Part shown: in pieces, positions 41,274 through 52,897 of the stretch
How the letters are laid out: each line of letters begins with the position of its first letter
Numbering within the stretch: the stretch's first letter is position 1
NCBI GenBank assembly: GCA_039586795.1
Contig: JBDHJS010000014.1
Coordinates: forward strand, 1-64,000
Reading direction: 5' to 3'
DNA: 64,000 nt
Source: Gemmatimonadota bacterium
GTDB taxonomy: Bacteria; Gemmatimonadota; Gemmatimonadetes; Palauibacterales; KS3-K002
Position numbers and translations under genes: made by a program
Notes under the pieces: model-generated
Seen by the model: only the letters and a program-made list of their open reading frames with translations
Databases searched by the model: none
Told to the model about the DNA's origin: nothing

Positions 41274-42844
41274 CGATTTCTCGGCCTGCTCTCCGTAATG
41301 TCAGCGGCCGCGACATCGCTCGCACCGCCCGATCTCTGCTCCGCCACGACCTCGATCCGCTCGACCAGCCAGTCGGAGGACGCCGAGACCCGGTCGATGA
41401 ACGGTTTCGGGTACACTCCCATCAAAACCATGAGCAGTAGTAGCGGGACTATGATCGCCAGTTCGAGTCTGGAGAGGTCCAGCAGACCTCGGTTCTCTTC
41501 TATCGTCACGTCGTTCCAGACGACGCGTCTGATCATCGGTAGCATGTAGTACGCCGCGAACACCACACCCGTCGCGGCGACCAGGGTCACCCACGGATAC
41601 CTCAGGAAGGCTCCCACCAGGATCATGAACTCGCCGACAAAGCCGTTCAGACCGGGCAGCCCGATCGAGGCAAGCGCCGTGATGACCAAAGCCGTAGAGA
41701 AGACCGGCACGATCTTGGCCAGCCCACCGTACTCAGCGATCTCGTAGGTATGTCGTCTCTGATAGAGAAAGCCGGCCAATATGAACAATGCGCCGGTAGA
41801 GATGCCGTGATTCACCATCTGCAACACGCCGCCCGCCACACCCATGCTCGTAAAGGCGAACGTTCCCACCATCACGAAACCGAGGTGAGCTACGGATGTG
41901 TAGGCGATCAGTTTCTTCAGGTTCGGCTGCATCGCAGCGACCCACGCCGCGTACGTGATCCCGATCAAGCCGAGCACCAACATCGTCATCACGACGCTCG
42001 GGTCGAGCGCCGCGCCCGGGAACAGCGGGATTGCAAAACGCAGGAACCCGTAGACGCCCATCTTCAGCAGCACTGCCGCCAGGATGACGGAACCCGCGGT
42101 CGGCGCTTCTACGTGCGCGTCCGGCAGCCAGGTGTGGAACGGGAACATCGGGACCTTGATCGCGAACGCGAGCGCGAATGCGGCAAACAGCCAGAACTCC
42201 ATCGCCCCACCGATGTTCAACCTCAACATCTCGGGGTACGCCATGCTCGCAAACCCGAACTGGTCCAGGTGCACCCAGAAGAGCACAAGGATCGCGACCA
42301 GCATCAGCAACGAACCGAACGCCGTAAACAGGAAGAACTTCACCGCCGCGTAGATCCTGCGCTCGTGCCCCCACACGCCGATCAGGAAGTACATCGGGAT
42401 CAGCGTGATTTCCCAGAACACGTAGAACAGGAAAAGGTCCATCGCTACAAACACGCCCAGGATGCCGGTGACCAGCACCAACAGCATGGCGTAGTAGGCC
42501 CGTTCCTTCGTGTTGATTTGCTCCCACGATACCAGCACCGAGATCGGTAGCAGGAACGTGGTCAGCAGGATCAACAGAATCGATATGCCGTCGACGCCGA
42601 GCGAGTACGAGATTCCCCAATCCGGGATCCACGGTATACTCACGAAATTTTGATACTCGACCCTACCGACCTGGAAGGTCCAAAACATGGGGAGGGAAAC
42701 CAGGAACTCCACCATGCCGGCACCGAACGCGAATTGCTTGAGCCATCCCTTGGGGATGAACAGACAGGCAATTCCCGCCACGGCCGGGAAGAAGACCAGG
42801 AAGGTGACGACCCAATGACTGCTGTAGAAATTCGCGAGCGACAT
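41270..42844 (-). CDS. nuoM: NADH-quinone oxidoreductase subunit M
   Basis: FYVFWE, PFHTWLPDAHVEAPT, GLPGLNGFVGEF. Confidence 0.96.
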   Translation of the reverse strand: MSLANFYSSHWVVTFLVFFPAVAGIACLFIPKGWLKQFAFGAGMVEFLVSLPMFWTFQVGRVEYQNFVSIPWIPDWGISYSLGVDGISILLILLTTFLLPISVLVSWEQINTKERAYYAMLLVLVTGILGVFVAMDLFLFYVFWEITLIPMYFLIGVWGHERRIYAAVKFFLFTAFGSLLMLVAILVLFWVHLDQFGFASMAYPEMLRLNIGGAMEFWLFAAFALAFAIKVPMFPFHTWLPDAHVEAPTAGSVILAAVLLKMGVYGFLRFAIPLFPGAALDPSVVMTMLVLGLIGITYAAWVAAMQPNLKKLIAYTSVAHLGFVMVGTFAFTSMGVAGGVLQMVNHGISTGALFILAGFLYQRRHTYEIAEYGGLAKIVPVFSTALVITALASIGLPGLNGFVGEFMILVGAFLRYPWVTLVAATGVVFAAYYMLPMIRRVVWNDVTIEENRGLLDLSRLELAIIVPLLLLMVLMGVYPKPFIDRVSASSDWLVERIEVVAEQRSGGASDVAAADITESRPRNR

Positions 42845-42857
42845 CCTTTTATCAGTC

Positions 42858-44933
42858 CTAGAGTGTCACTAATCCAAGAATGATGAGCACGCCCAGAACG
42901 ACGATCAGCGCGTACGTGCCGATGGATCCCGTTTGGAAGCGGCTGAACACCCAACCAATGAAGCGCGTGAAGTAAGCCGTGCCGTTCACGCCCACACCAT
43001 CGATGATCCCCTGGTCGATCACGCGCCAGCAGAACCTGCACGTACCCCTGAACGGCCGCAGGATCACCGCCTCGTATATCTCGTCCACGTAGTACTTGTT
43101 GTAGAGCACGCCCATCACTCCCGTCGGCGCTGCCGCTTCGCCCACCGGCTTGTACTTCTTCCCCGCCAGCGCCCGGAACACGACGAGTATCACGACGACC
43201 GCCAGGACGGTTGAGATCAGCGCCCAGGTCCCTTCCCCACCCCCGATCGGTGATGCGTGCGCCGCTTCACCCAGATGCTCCACCATGATGTGCTCCGCCG
43301 CCTCGAACGACGGGTGCAGGAAGTGGTGCAGCCATGTGAACTCAGGAAGTACGGGCAGAGCCTCCGGGATATTGATCCAGCCGGTCACCACCGAGCCGAT
43401 GGCCAGTACCACCAGGGCTCCCGTCATGATGAGCGGCGCTTCGTGCAGGTACTTCCGAGCACCTTCTCCCGCTCGGTTCTCGCCGTGGAACACCATCACC
43501 AGCCAGCGTGTGATGTAGCCCGCGGTGAGCAGTGCTGTCACGATCGCCATCGCCCACAGAACCGTCTTACCGCCGGCGCCCACCGACCAGATGATCTCGT
43601 CTTTCGAGAAGAAACCGGCCAGCGGGAAGACGCCCGCCAGCGCCAGCGCGCCGATCCAGGCCGTCTTGAACGTGGTGGGCATGAAGCGCTTCATGTCCCC
43701 CATGTTCCGCATGTCCTGCGTCATGTCTTCGCCCGCCGGCAGTCCAGCGTGCTCGAGACCATGGTGCATCGCGTGGATCACGGCGCCCGAGGCCATGAAC
43801 AGCAGTGCCTTGAAGAAGGCGTGTGTACCGAGGTGGAATATCCCCGCCGTGAACGCGCCGACGCCCACCGCCAGAAACATGTAGCCGAGCTGCGAGATCG
43901 TGCTGTAGGCGATCACCCGCTTGATGTCGAACTGCGCCATCGCTATGGTCCCGGCGAACAGCGCCGTCACGCCGCCCACGATCGCAACCACATTCATGCT
44001 CAGAGGCGCGAGCGCGAACAGAACGCCCGAGCGCGCCACCAAGTAGACGCCCGCCGTGACCATGGTGGCCGCGTGGATCAACGCCGACACGGGCGTCGGA
44101 CCGTGCATCGCGTCGGGCAACCAGACGTAGAGCGGTATCTGCGCCGACTTACCAGTGCAACCCAGGAACATGAAAAGCGTGATCAGCGTCACCGCCGCGC
44201 CGCCGTATTCAAACGCCCGCGGCGCCAGAGCGAATACGCTCTGGAAATCGAGGGTGCCCACGTAGGCGTAGATCGCGAACATCGCCATCAGAAAACCGAA
44301 ATCGCCGATCCGGTTGACGATGAAGGCCTTCTGACCCGCCTCAGCTTTCTCGCCCTGCTTGAACCAGAAACCGATCAACAGGTACGAGCAGAGCCCCACG
44401 CCCTCCCAACCGACGAACATCAATGGGAAGTTTGCAGCCAACACCAGCACCAGCATGAAGAAGACGAAGAGGTTCAGGTACGCGAAGTAGCGCGCGTAGC
44501 CTGGGTCCCCGCCCATGTAGCCAACGCTGTAGACATGAATGATGAAGCTGACGACCGTGACAACTATCGCCATCAGGATCGACAGCTGGTCCAGCTGTAG
44601 AGCGGCATCGACACGCAGCTGGGCCATGTCGATCCATGTCCAGTACGTGCGGACGACCGGCTCCGCATCGTGCGCCCCTGCGATGAGGACCAGGTTGATC
44701 ACAGCGATCAGCGCGGCGAGCCCCAGTACCGATGGCCCGACGATGCTGACGACTTTCTTACGATCCGGCGCGAAGAACGCCAACGCTCCGTTGATCAAGA
44801 ACCCGATGAGCGGGAAAAGGATCATCCACGACGGGAGAAACGGAACGTAGGTCGCTGCGTGCTCCGCAACCGCCTCCTGGGCGGCTGGTTCTTGCGCCAG
44901 CGCGATGAGATCCAGGGCCAGAGGGCCTACCAT
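42858..44933 (-). CDS. nuoL: NADH-quinone oxidoreductase subunit L
   Basis: [37 protein letters not shown]. Confidence 0.96.
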   Translation of the reverse strand: MVGPLALDLIALAQEPAAQEAVAEHAATYVPFLPSWMILFPLIGFLINGALAFFAPDRKKVVSIVGPSVLGLAALIAVINLVLIAGAHDAEPVVRTYWTWIDMAQLRVDAALQLDQLSILMAIVVTVVSFIIHVYSVGYMGGDPGYARYFAYLNLFVFFMLVLVLAANFPLMFVGWEGVGLCSYLLIGFWFKQGEKAEAGQKAFIVNRIGDFGFLMAMFAIYAYVGTLDFQSVFALAPRAFEYGGAAVTLITLFMFLGCTGKSAQIPLYVWLPDAMHGPTPVSALIHAATMVTAGVYLVARSGVLFALAPLSMNVVAIVGGVTALFAGTIAMAQFDIKRVIAYSTISQLGYMFLAVGVGAFTAGIFHLGTHAFFKALLFMASGAVIHAMHHGLEHAGLPAGEDMTQDMRNMGDMKRFMPTTFKTAWIGALALAGVFPLAGFFSKDEIIWSVGAGGKTVLWAMAIVTALLTAGYITRWLVMVFHGENRAGEGARKYLHEAPLIMTGALVVLAIGSVVTGWINIPEALPVLPEFTWLHHFLHPSFEAAEHIMVEHLGEAAHASPIGGGEGTWALISTVLAVVVILVVFRALAGKKYKPVGEAAAPTGVMGVLYNKYYVDEIYEAVILRPFRGTCRFCWRVIDQGIIDGVGVNGTAYFTRFIGWVFSRFQTGSIGTYALIVVLGVLIILGLVTL

Positions 44934-45220
44934 CTCAATAACCTGAAGTTGCGTACGTCGGCTGAGCCGTAGTGGCGGAAGATCGAGATGATGATCGCCA
45001 ACCCGACCGCGGCCTCAGCCGCCGCCACCGTCATCACGAATATCACGAATAACTGGGCTTCCACGCCCACGTACCGGGATATCGTTACGAGCGTGAGGTT
45101 CACTGCGTTGAGCATGAGCTCGATACACATGAACATTACGATTGCGTTTCGACGCAGCAGCACGCCCACCGTCCCAATGGCAAACAGCAAAGCGCTCAAT
45201 ACCAGTGATTCGACGAACAT
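44927..45220 (-). CDS. nuoK: NADH-quinone oxidoreductase subunit K
   Basis: [22 protein letters not shown]. Confidence 0.96.
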   Translation of the reverse strand: MFVESLVLSALLFAIGTVGVLLRRNAIVMFMCIELMLNAVNLTLVTISRYVGVEAQLFVIFVMTVAAAEAAVGLAIIISIFRHYGSADVRNFRLLRW

Positions 45221-45224
45221 GACG

Positions 45225-45740
<516 letters not shown>

Positions 45741-45782
45741 TGGGGTCTTATCCTGCGATCTCCCGGAACATTCTCTCGCCCA

Positions 45783-46280
45783 TCACTCCGATGCCGGATC
45801 CTCCGGATCCCACAGCTGTGTGAATGGGTGATCTTGTGCTGCCAGCCGCTCCAGGTCGTAGACGAACCGTTCGCGACTGTACTCAGCGTTCTCATAGTGG
45901 ACGCCGACGTGTATGGCCTCCACGGGACACACTTCCTGACAGTAGCCGCAGAAGATGCAGCGAAATTCGTCGATCTCGTAGATCGCCGCGTACCGCTCGC
46001 CGTTCTCGTCTTCCGCGGGGATGAGCTTGATGCAATTCGCAGGACAGATCGTCGGGCACAGGCCGCAAGCGACGCACTTGGCACGGCCGTCCTCGTGCAC
46101 CGCCATGCGATGCGTGCCGCGCCAACGCGGCGACAGCTCCCATTTCTCTTCGGGGTACTGCTGCGAAACCGTCACCGGCTTGACCAGGTGCTTGAACGTG
46201 AGCGCCATCCCTTTGAGGCTAGCCCTCAGATACGACGCCCCGCCTTCTGGCCTATCGACTTTCTTTACGCTAATCGCCAT
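45783..46280 (-). CDS. nuoI: NADH-quinone oxidoreductase subunit I
   Basis: CVACGLCPTICP and CIFCGYCQEVCP. Confidence 0.96.
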   Translation of the reverse strand: MAISVKKVDRPEGGASYLRASLKGMALTFKHLVKPVTVSQQYPEEKWELSPRWRGTHRMAVHEDGRAKCVACGLCPTICPANCIKLIPAEDENGERYAAIYEIDEFRCIFCGYCQEVCPVEAIHVGVHYENAEYSRERFVYDLERLAAQDHPFTQLWDPEDPASE

Positions 46281-46292
46281 CGGCTACCCGTG

Positions 46293-47513
46293 TTAATCAG
46301 CCCGTTGAGGTCGCGCTTGATTCCAAGCGCTTCCTGTTATGATTCGCCTCCGGTCCAGCCAGAACACGATGCCGGCCATCATCACCACGTTTAGCAGCGT
46401 CAGATAGAGGACGTACCGGAGCCCGAACTCGATGCCCGCCCGGTCCATATAGAGCATCACGCCGCCCAGCACCGCTATGTATACGACCGACATCGGTATC
46501 AGCACTTTCCAGCCCAACGACATCACCTGGTCGTAGCGGAAGCGCGGTACGGTCCAGCGAACCCAGATGAACACGAAGACGAAGAACACCACTTTGGCCG
46601 CGAAGAAGCAGGCCGTCAGCAACGTCTTCCATAACGCCGGCGCAGCGCCGACGATGGTTCCGTCCGCCGCCAGCGCCATGTTGTCGCCCGTCCAGAACGG
46701 GATATCCCAGCCGCCAAAGAAGAACGTCGCCATCAGCGCCGCCGCGGTGATCATGTTGGCGTATTCGGCCAGCATGAACATCGCGAACTTCATCGCCGAG
46801 TACTCGGTGTGAAAGCCGTACACCAGTTCCGACTCCGCCTCCGGCATATCGAACGGCGGTCGGTTGGTTTCGGCGTAGTACGACACCGTGAAGAACAGGA
46901 AGCACACCATCAGTGGGAGTATAAACCACAGCGTGTTCTGCTGCTGACTGATAATCTCCGGCAACGACACGTTTCCGGACACCATCAGGATCGGTACGAG
47001 GCTGAGGCCCAGCGCCACCTCGTAACTGATCATCTGCGCCGACGCTCGAACGCCACCCAGGAACGGGTACTTGCTGTTCGAAGCCCATCCGCCCAACACC
47101 AATCCATAGACGCCCAGCGAACCGATCGCTAGCACGTACAGGAAGCCGATGGGCAGGTTGGCCACCACCATGTCGACGTTCCCCCACGGCGTGCTCAGCG
47201 GTGCGGCAAACGGGATGACCGCAAAGACGACAAAGGCCGGGAACATCGAAATCGCCGGCGCCAGGTAGAACAGCCAGCGCGACGACTCGGCGGGACGAAC
47301 CTCTTCCTTCAGAAAGTTCTTGATTCCATCCGCAATCGGTTGAAAGACGCCCCAGGGCCCAACGCGATTCGGTCCGCTCCGGTCCTGTATCCAGGCGGCG
47401 ATCTTCCGCTCGGCCAGCGTCGTAATCGCGACCGCCAACAGCCAGACCATGAAGACGACTACCATCTTCACGAACCCGGCGATCAGAAATGCCGTAGTTG
47501 AGAGAGAACTCAT
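46293..47513 (-). CDS. nuoH: NADH-quinone oxidoreductase subunit H
   Basis: ERKIAAWIQDRSGPNRVG, ETNRPPFDMPEAESEL, PRFRYDQ. Confidence 0.96.
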   Translation of the reverse strand: MSSLSTTAFLIAGFVKMVVVFMVWLLAVAITTLAERKIAAWIQDRSGPNRVGPWGVFQPIADGIKNFLKEEVRPAESSRWLFYLAPAISMFPAFVVFAVIPFAAPLSTPWGNVDMVVANLPIGFLYVLAIGSLGVYGLVLGGWASNSKYPFLGGVRASAQMISYEVALGLSLVPILMVSGNVSLPEIISQQQNTLWFILPLMVCFLFFTVSYYAETNRPPFDMPEAESELVYGFHTEYSAMKFAMFMLAEYANMITAAALMATFFFGGWDIPFWTGDNMALAADGTIVGAAPALWKTLLTACFFAAKVVFFVFVFIWVRWTVPRFRYDQVMSLGWKVLIPMSVVYIAVLGGVMLYMDRAGIEFGLRYVLYLTLLNVVMMAGIVFWLDRRRIITGSAWNQARPQRAD

Positions 47514-47537
47514 CTTCGACTCTTATCAGTCAGCTGT

Positions 47538-49118
47538 TCAGCTCGCCGTCGCCGCGGTACCCGCGCCCGCTATCTTCGCTCCCTGCAAGCCGAGCTTCTC
47601 GTAGCTCATTCCATCGAAGGCGTCGTATTCACTCGCCAGAGCGGCAAACGCCTCCGCCGCCGTCCTTAACTCACTGCCCGCCCCCATGCGCGACAACACG
47701 ACGGAGCCCGTCATCCAGATCGGCCGCGCCAGTCCCGGCGCTCGGAGCGCTTGCGAAAAACGCTGTACGCGTCCTTCGTAATTGGTGAATGTACCGTCCA
47801 TCTCGGCGAACGTCGGAGAAGGCAGCGCTAAGTGCGCGTTGCGGGCCGCAGCACTCAACCTGTTGCCGATATAGACGAACAGTCTCGCTTTGGCGCCAAA
47901 GTCCTCCGGCGCGTCTTCCAGGTCTTCCTCCAGCACGAAAAGGGCGCCGGCGTGGTCGGCCACAGCGAATGGATCGTCCGTTCGCTTGAAGCCCAGTGCT
48001 TGTGCGCCGTTCACGTTGGCAGCCCGCTCTTCACGCAAGGTCAGCGTCGGAAATCCGGCGAGCACCTCCTCGGGCCCGGTCTCAACCCGGAACCCACCGC
48101 CCTCGAAACCGACTTGGTCCATCAGCTTGTGCAGAGCATACAGGCTTTCGTTGGACGCCCCGGCGCTGACCAGCGCACGGGCACCCCCGGGGCCGCTCTC
48201 GAGACCCGATGCTAATGATTCGAGGGCGCGCGTCCAGTCGGCTGGCTTGAGCGCGCCGTCCTCGCGGACCATCGGTACCTCGAGACGATCTCCGGCGCCC
48301 CAATTGACCACGCTCTGTCGCCCATGGTCACACATCCAGTAGGAGTTGACCTCGGCGTTGTGACGCGGCTTGGCTCGGAGGATCCGATTCTCTTTCGTGC
48401 CGAGCGACACATTGCAGCCCTGTGTACAACCCGGGCAGACGCTAGCCGTGCGATCCAAGTCCCACGAACGAGCCTTGAATAGAAAGTCCTCGTTCACCAG
48501 CGCGCCCACTGGACACACGTCCACGATGTTCATCGAGAACGGGTGTTCGAACAGCTCGCCGGTCATCGTGTCGATATAGCCGCGCGAGCCTCGGTTCATC
48601 ACTTCGATCAACGCATCGCCCGCTACTTCGTCCATGAACCGGACGCAGCGCGTACAGAGGATACAACGGTCTGCGAAGTAGACGATATCGCTCGTCAGGT
48701 GATCGCGACCCAACACGACCTTGGGCTCCACGTTGCGTGTGCGCAGCTGGCCCGTCTCGAACGCGTAGTCCTGTAGCTCGCACTGGCCGGCCGCGTCGCA
48801 GATCGGACAGTCCAACGGGTGATTGACCAGCAAGAACTCGACGGCGGCCTTTCGGGCTTTGCGCGCGTCGGCGTTGTCGGTCGTGACTACCATCCCGTCC
48901 TGAACCGTCTGCACGCACGACGGAAGCGGTTTAGGCGCGCCCTCCACCTCGACCAGGCACATCCGGCAGACGGCCGGAGCGCTGAGGCCGGGGTGATAGC
49001 AGTACCGGGGTATCACTATGCCGACACGTTCCGCCGCATGGAGGATCGTCGTGCCGACCGGTACGGATACCTTGGCTCCGTCGATCGTTAGTTCTACGAG
49101 CTTGTTCTCATCGTTCAT
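47538..49118 (-). CDS. nuoG: NADH-quinone oxidoreductase subunit G (short, 526 aa)
   Basis: CRMCLVE, NHPLDCPICDAAGQC, CILCTRCVRF, CPVGAL, CPGCTQGC. Confidence 0.93.
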   Translation of the reverse strand: MNDENKLVELTIDGAKVSVPVGTTILHAAERVGIVIPRYCYHPGLSAPAVCRMCLVEVEGAPKPLPSCVQTVQDGMVVTTDNADARKARKAAVEFLLVNHPLDCPICDAAGQCELQDYAFETGQLRTRNVEPKVVLGRDHLTSDIVYFADRCILCTRCVRFMDEVAGDALIEVMNRGSRGYIDTMTGELFEHPFSMNIVDVCPVGALVNEDFLFKARSWDLDRTASVCPGCTQGCNVSLGTKENRILRAKPRHNAEVNSYWMCDHGRQSVVNWGAGDRLEVPMVREDGALKPADWTRALESLASGLESGPGGARALVSAGASNESLYALHKLMDQVGFEGGGFRVETGPEEVLAGFPTLTLREERAANVNGAQALGFKRTDDPFAVADHAGALFVLEEDLEDAPEDFGAKARLFVYIGNRLSAAARNAHLALPSPTFAEMDGTFTNYEGRVQRFSQALRAPGLARPIWMTGSVVLSRMGAGSELRTAAEAFAALASEYDAFDGMSYEKLGLQGAKIAGAGTAATAS

Positions 49119-49145
49119 GCGCTTCGACCGTCGCTATCTCACGTG

Positions 49146-50435
49146 CTAGCGCGCCGCGGTGCAACTGCCATCGCGGATGTGCGCCAGGTATTCGTCCTCG
49201 AATTTCTGGATCGAACTCACAACAGGTACGGCTGCGCTGTCGGACAACGGACAGATCGTCTTCCCTACCATGTTCGAGCCGACATCGAGCAACAGCGGCA
49301 AGTCTTCTTCGCGTCCGTCGCCACGCTCGATGCGTCTCAGGATCTTGGCCAACCACGAGGTCCCTTCACGACAATTCGTACATTGGCCGCACGACTCGTG
49401 GGCGTAGAACTCCACCATCTTGCGGACCGCGTGGACGATGCACGTCGAGTCGTCCATCGCGATCAGCCCGCCCGAACCCAGGAACGAGCCGGCCGCTTCG
49501 ATGCCTTCGTAGGTACAATCGCAGTCGATCTCGTCCAACGTCATAATCGGCACCGACGAGCCGCCGGGAATCAACGCCTTCAGTTGACGCCCTTCCGGCG
49601 GACCGCCGCACAGATCGAAAACCAGTTCCTTCAGACTGAAGTCTAGCGGAACCTCATAGTTGCCCGGTCGCTGAAGGTGCCCACAACAGGAAAACAGCTT
49701 GGTGCCCGGGCTCTTCTCGGTCCCCCACTGCCGATACCAGTCGGCGCCGTTCTCCATGATGTGCGGGACGGCGGCCAGCGTCTCGACGTTGTTCACCGTC
49801 GTTGGCATCCCAAACGCGCCCTGCTGCGCGGGAAACGGCGGCTTGATCCGAGGCTCGGCGCGCCGACCTTCCAGCGAATTGAGCAGCCCCGTTTCCTCAC
49901 CGGCGATATAGGCGCCGGCGCCCAGGTGCACCGTCAGGTCAAGATTGAAACCGGAGCCCTGTATGTTCTCGCCCAGATATCCACGCTCGTAGGCCTCGAC
50001 CACCGCGCCATTCAACACGCGCACGACATCCACGAACTCGCCGCGGATATAGATGTAGGCGTGTGAGGCCCGGATCGCGTACGAGCAGATGATGATCCCC
50101 TCGATCAGCTGGTGGGGTGTCCACCGCATGATCTCGCGGTCCTTGAACGTGCCGGGTTCGCTTTCGTCGGCGTTGCAGGCGAGGTAATTGGGACGGTCTC
50201 CATCCTTGGGCATGAAGCTCCACTTCAGGCCGGCCGGGAAACCGGCGCCGCCGCGGCCGCGAAGACCGGACTCTTTTACGACTTCGATGACCTCGTCGGG
50301 CGACTTCTCGAACACACCCTTCAATGCGGTGTAGCCGCCGCGCTCGATCCACCCATCAATTCCGATGGCGTCTTTGTCCCCGAAGTACTTGGATAGGACC
50401 CGAACCTCGCGCGGGTGGGCGTACGGATACGCCAT
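49146..50435 (-). CDS. nuoF: NADH-quinone oxidoreductase subunit F
   Basis: GLRGRGGAGFP, NADESEPG, ESCGQCTNCREG. Confidence 0.97.
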   Translation of the reverse strand: MAYPYAHPREVRVLSKYFGDKDAIGIDGWIERGGYTALKGVFEKSPDEVIEVVKESGLRGRGGAGFPAGLKWSFMPKDGDRPNYLACNADESEPGTFKDREIMRWTPHQLIEGIIICSYAIRASHAYIYIRGEFVDVVRVLNGAVVEAYERGYLGENIQGSGFNLDLTVHLGAGAYIAGEETGLLNSLEGRRAEPRIKPPFPAQQGAFGMPTTVNNVETLAAVPHIMENGADWYRQWGTEKSPGTKLFSCCGHLQRPGNYEVPLDFSLKELVFDLCGGPPEGRQLKALIPGGSSVPIMTLDEIDCDCTYEGIEAAGSFLGSGGLIAMDDSTCIVHAVRKMVEFYAHESCGQCTNCREGTSWLAKILRRIERGDGREEDLPLLLDVGSNMVGKTICPLSDSAAVPVVSSIQKFEDEYLAHIRDGSCTAAR

Positions 50436-50438
50436 GGC

Positions 50439-50978
50439 TCAATCCAGCTCCTTCAGCAAGCCTTCCACATCCTTGGCTTGCACGTTTTCGTAAATCTTGT
50501 CGTTGACCTGTACCATTGCCGGGAATCCACAGCCACCCAGGCACTCCACTTCAACAATCGTATACTTCCCGTCTTCCGACGTCTCTCCGATTCGCGTCTT
50601 CGTCGCTTCCAGCAAACCCTCGACCACACCCTCCGCGCCACATAGATCGCAACCGATTCCCGTGCAGACCTGAATCAGGTACTTACCCACCGGATGCAGC
50701 TGATACATGGTGTAGAACGAGGCAACCGAGCGAGCGTAGGCCGAGGTCAGGTCCAGCAGTTCCGCCACGCGACCGATCGTCTCGGGGGAAAGCCAACCCC
50801 TCAACTCCTGAGCCATGCTGAGAACGGGTAGCAGCGCCGCGCGCTTGTCCGGGTACCGGCTCAGAATCTTGTCGAACCGGTCCTTGTACTCGCCTTCGAA
50901 GAGCGGCGCGTCCGGGTTGTTCTCGTCACTCTGCGACGGTTGCCCGCTCACGATCGCAGGATGCATCCCGTCGCTCAT
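50439..50978 (-). CDS. nuoE: NADH-quinone oxidoreductase subunit E
   Basis: SFYTMY, VCTGIGC, ECLGGC. Confidence 0.95.
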   Translation of the reverse strand: MSDGMHPAIVSGQPSQSDENNPDAPLFEGEYKDRFDKILSRYPDKRAALLPVLSMAQELRGWLSPETIGRVAELLDLTSAYARSVASFYTMYQLHPVGKYLIQVCTGIGCDLCGAEGVVEGLLEATKTRIGETSEDGKYTIVEVECLGGCGFPAMVQVNDKIYENVQAKDVEGLLKELD

Positions 50979-52789
50979 CTATCGATCTCCCCGAGCACGA
51001 TATCGATGCTCGCGTTAACCGCTATCAGGTCGGCGACCAATTCGCCCTCCACCAGAGCCGGTAGGTTGGACATGTTCATGAACGAAGGACCCCGGTATCG
51101 GCAACGAACTGGTTTGGAACCGCCGTCCGACACCAGGTAGAACCCCAGCTCGCCCTTCGAACTCTCGATCGAATACCAGACCTCGCCCGCGGGAACCTTG
51201 ACGCCCTCCATGACCAGCTTGAAGTGATTGATCATGCCGTCAATCGAGTTCATCACCGTCGACTTCGGCGGCAAGATGACGCGCGGGTCGCTTACGTTGA
51301 TATCGCCGTCCGGCACCCGGTCGAGGGCCTGCCTGAGGATGCGGATCGACTGCCGCATCTCTTCCATGCGGACCAAATACCGGTCGTACGTATCTCCGTA
51401 CTCTCCGATCGGCACATCGAAGTTGTAGGTCTCGTAGTCGAGATACGGATTGTCTTTCCGGACATCGTACGGCACGCCAGAAGCGCGCAGGTTCGGGCCG
51501 CATAGCGCGTTGTTGATCGCGTCATCAGGACCCATCACGCCCACGCCTTGCGTCCGCCCGATCCAGATCGAGTTCTTGGTCAGCAGCCGGTCGGTTTCGT
51601 CCAGCGTACCCGGGAACGTATCGACGAACTCGCGCACGCTATCCAGCCAACCCGGAGGGATGTCCGCCATCATGCCGCCCACGCGTGAAACGCTCGTCGT
51701 CATGCGAGCGCCGGCGTATGCTTCATGCAGGTTGTAGATCCGCTCACGTTCCTGGAACGTGTACAGGAATGGAGTGAAGGCCCCGATATCGATCGCTGTC
51801 GTTCCCACCCAAATCAGGTGAGAAAGGATCCGGTTCAGCTCCATGCAGATCATCCGGATCACCTTGCAACGTGGCGTGGCCTCGATGCCCAGCAACTTCT
51901 CCACCGCCATCGCGTAGCCGATGTTGTACATCATCGGCGCCAGGTAATCCATGCGATCGGTCAACGGGATGACCTGATTCCACGTCCGATACTCGCTGAG
52001 TTTCTCGAAACCGGTGTGCAGGTAGCCGATGTGCGGCGTGCACTTCACGATCGTCTCGCCGTCCAACTCGCAGACAAGTCTCAGCACGCCATGGGTCGCC
52101 GGGTGCTGCGGCCCCACATTTAGGATCATGTTCTGCGTGTCGATGTCGGGGACGGTATCCCCGGACTGAGCCTGCGATCCGCGGTCGACCGCTCGCGACC
52201 GATCTTTGACGACCGCCAGCTCGTCCAGGCTGTAGATGTCCTCGAGATCTCTTGCCAGGGCACGTCGCGTCTGTTCCGCCCGTGTGAAGCGCCCCCGTAG
52301 CGGAAAGTCCTTCCGCAGCGGATAGCCTTCCTCGTAGTTCTCGGGCATCAGGATGCGGCGATGATCGGGGTGGCCTTCGAACGTGATGCCGAACATGTCG
52401 TACACTTCGCGCTCGAGCCAATTCGAACCGCGCCAGATCCCGCAGACGCTCCTGATTCGTGGGCGATCGAGTGGCACTTCCGCTTTGACGCGCAACGGAA
52501 GATCTCGGCCTGTTGACCAGAGCTCGTAGACCACCTGGACAGGACGCCCGCCACCGAGGTCCAGCCCCGTGACGTCGCGTACCATATCGAAGCCTTGAGT
52601 TTCGCGGAGATACGTGAGGACTTCGATGTTACGGTCACAGTCTATGTAGACGACGGGCTCACCCGCGGCATCCACCTCGACCATCCGCACCGTTTCCCCA
52701 AACTCCAAACGCAGCTGCTCCACGTCGCTACGCTTAACGGCGTTCGCCACGCTCACGCTTTCTTCTCCCAGGGTCGTGCTCGACGGCAT
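50975..52789 (-). CDS. nuoCD: NADH-quinone oxidoreductase fused subunits C/D
   Basis: WLEREVYDMFG, YPLRKDFP then GPQHPATHGVLR, DIVLGEIDR. Confidence 0.96.
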   Translation of the reverse strand: MPSSTTLGEESVSVANAVKRSDVEQLRLEFGETVRMVEVDAAGEPVVYIDCDRNIEVLTYLRETQGFDMVRDVTGLDLGGGRPVQVVYELWSTGRDLPLRVKAEVPLDRPRIRSVCGIWRGSNWLEREVYDMFGITFEGHPDHRRILMPENYEEGYPLRKDFPLRGRFTRAEQTRRALARDLEDIYSLDELAVVKDRSRAVDRGSQAQSGDTVPDIDTQNMILNVGPQHPATHGVLRLVCELDGETIVKCTPHIGYLHTGFEKLSEYRTWNQVIPLTDRMDYLAPMMYNIGYAMAVEKLLGIEATPRCKVIRMICMELNRILSHLIWVGTTAIDIGAFTPFLYTFQERERIYNLHEAYAGARMTTSVSRVGGMMADIPPGWLDSVREFVDTFPGTLDETDRLLTKNSIWIGRTQGVGVMGPDDAINNALCGPNLRASGVPYDVRKDNPYLDYETYNFDVPIGEYGDTYDRYLVRMEEMRQSIRILRQALDRVPDGDINVSDPRVILPPKSTVMNSIDGMINHFKLVMEGVKVPAGEVWYSIESSKGELGFYLVSDGGSKPVRCRYRGPSFMNMSNLPALVEGELVADLIAVNASIDIVLGEIDR

Positions 52790-52897
52790 TCTCCCAAAAC
52801 CTGTCGTTCACGGTCGTTTCCGGCCGCACCCCGCGCGCTCACAACCGTCGCGGACCGGCCTGCCTACACCCGCGGGCCACTGCCCGCCGGGTTTCCA

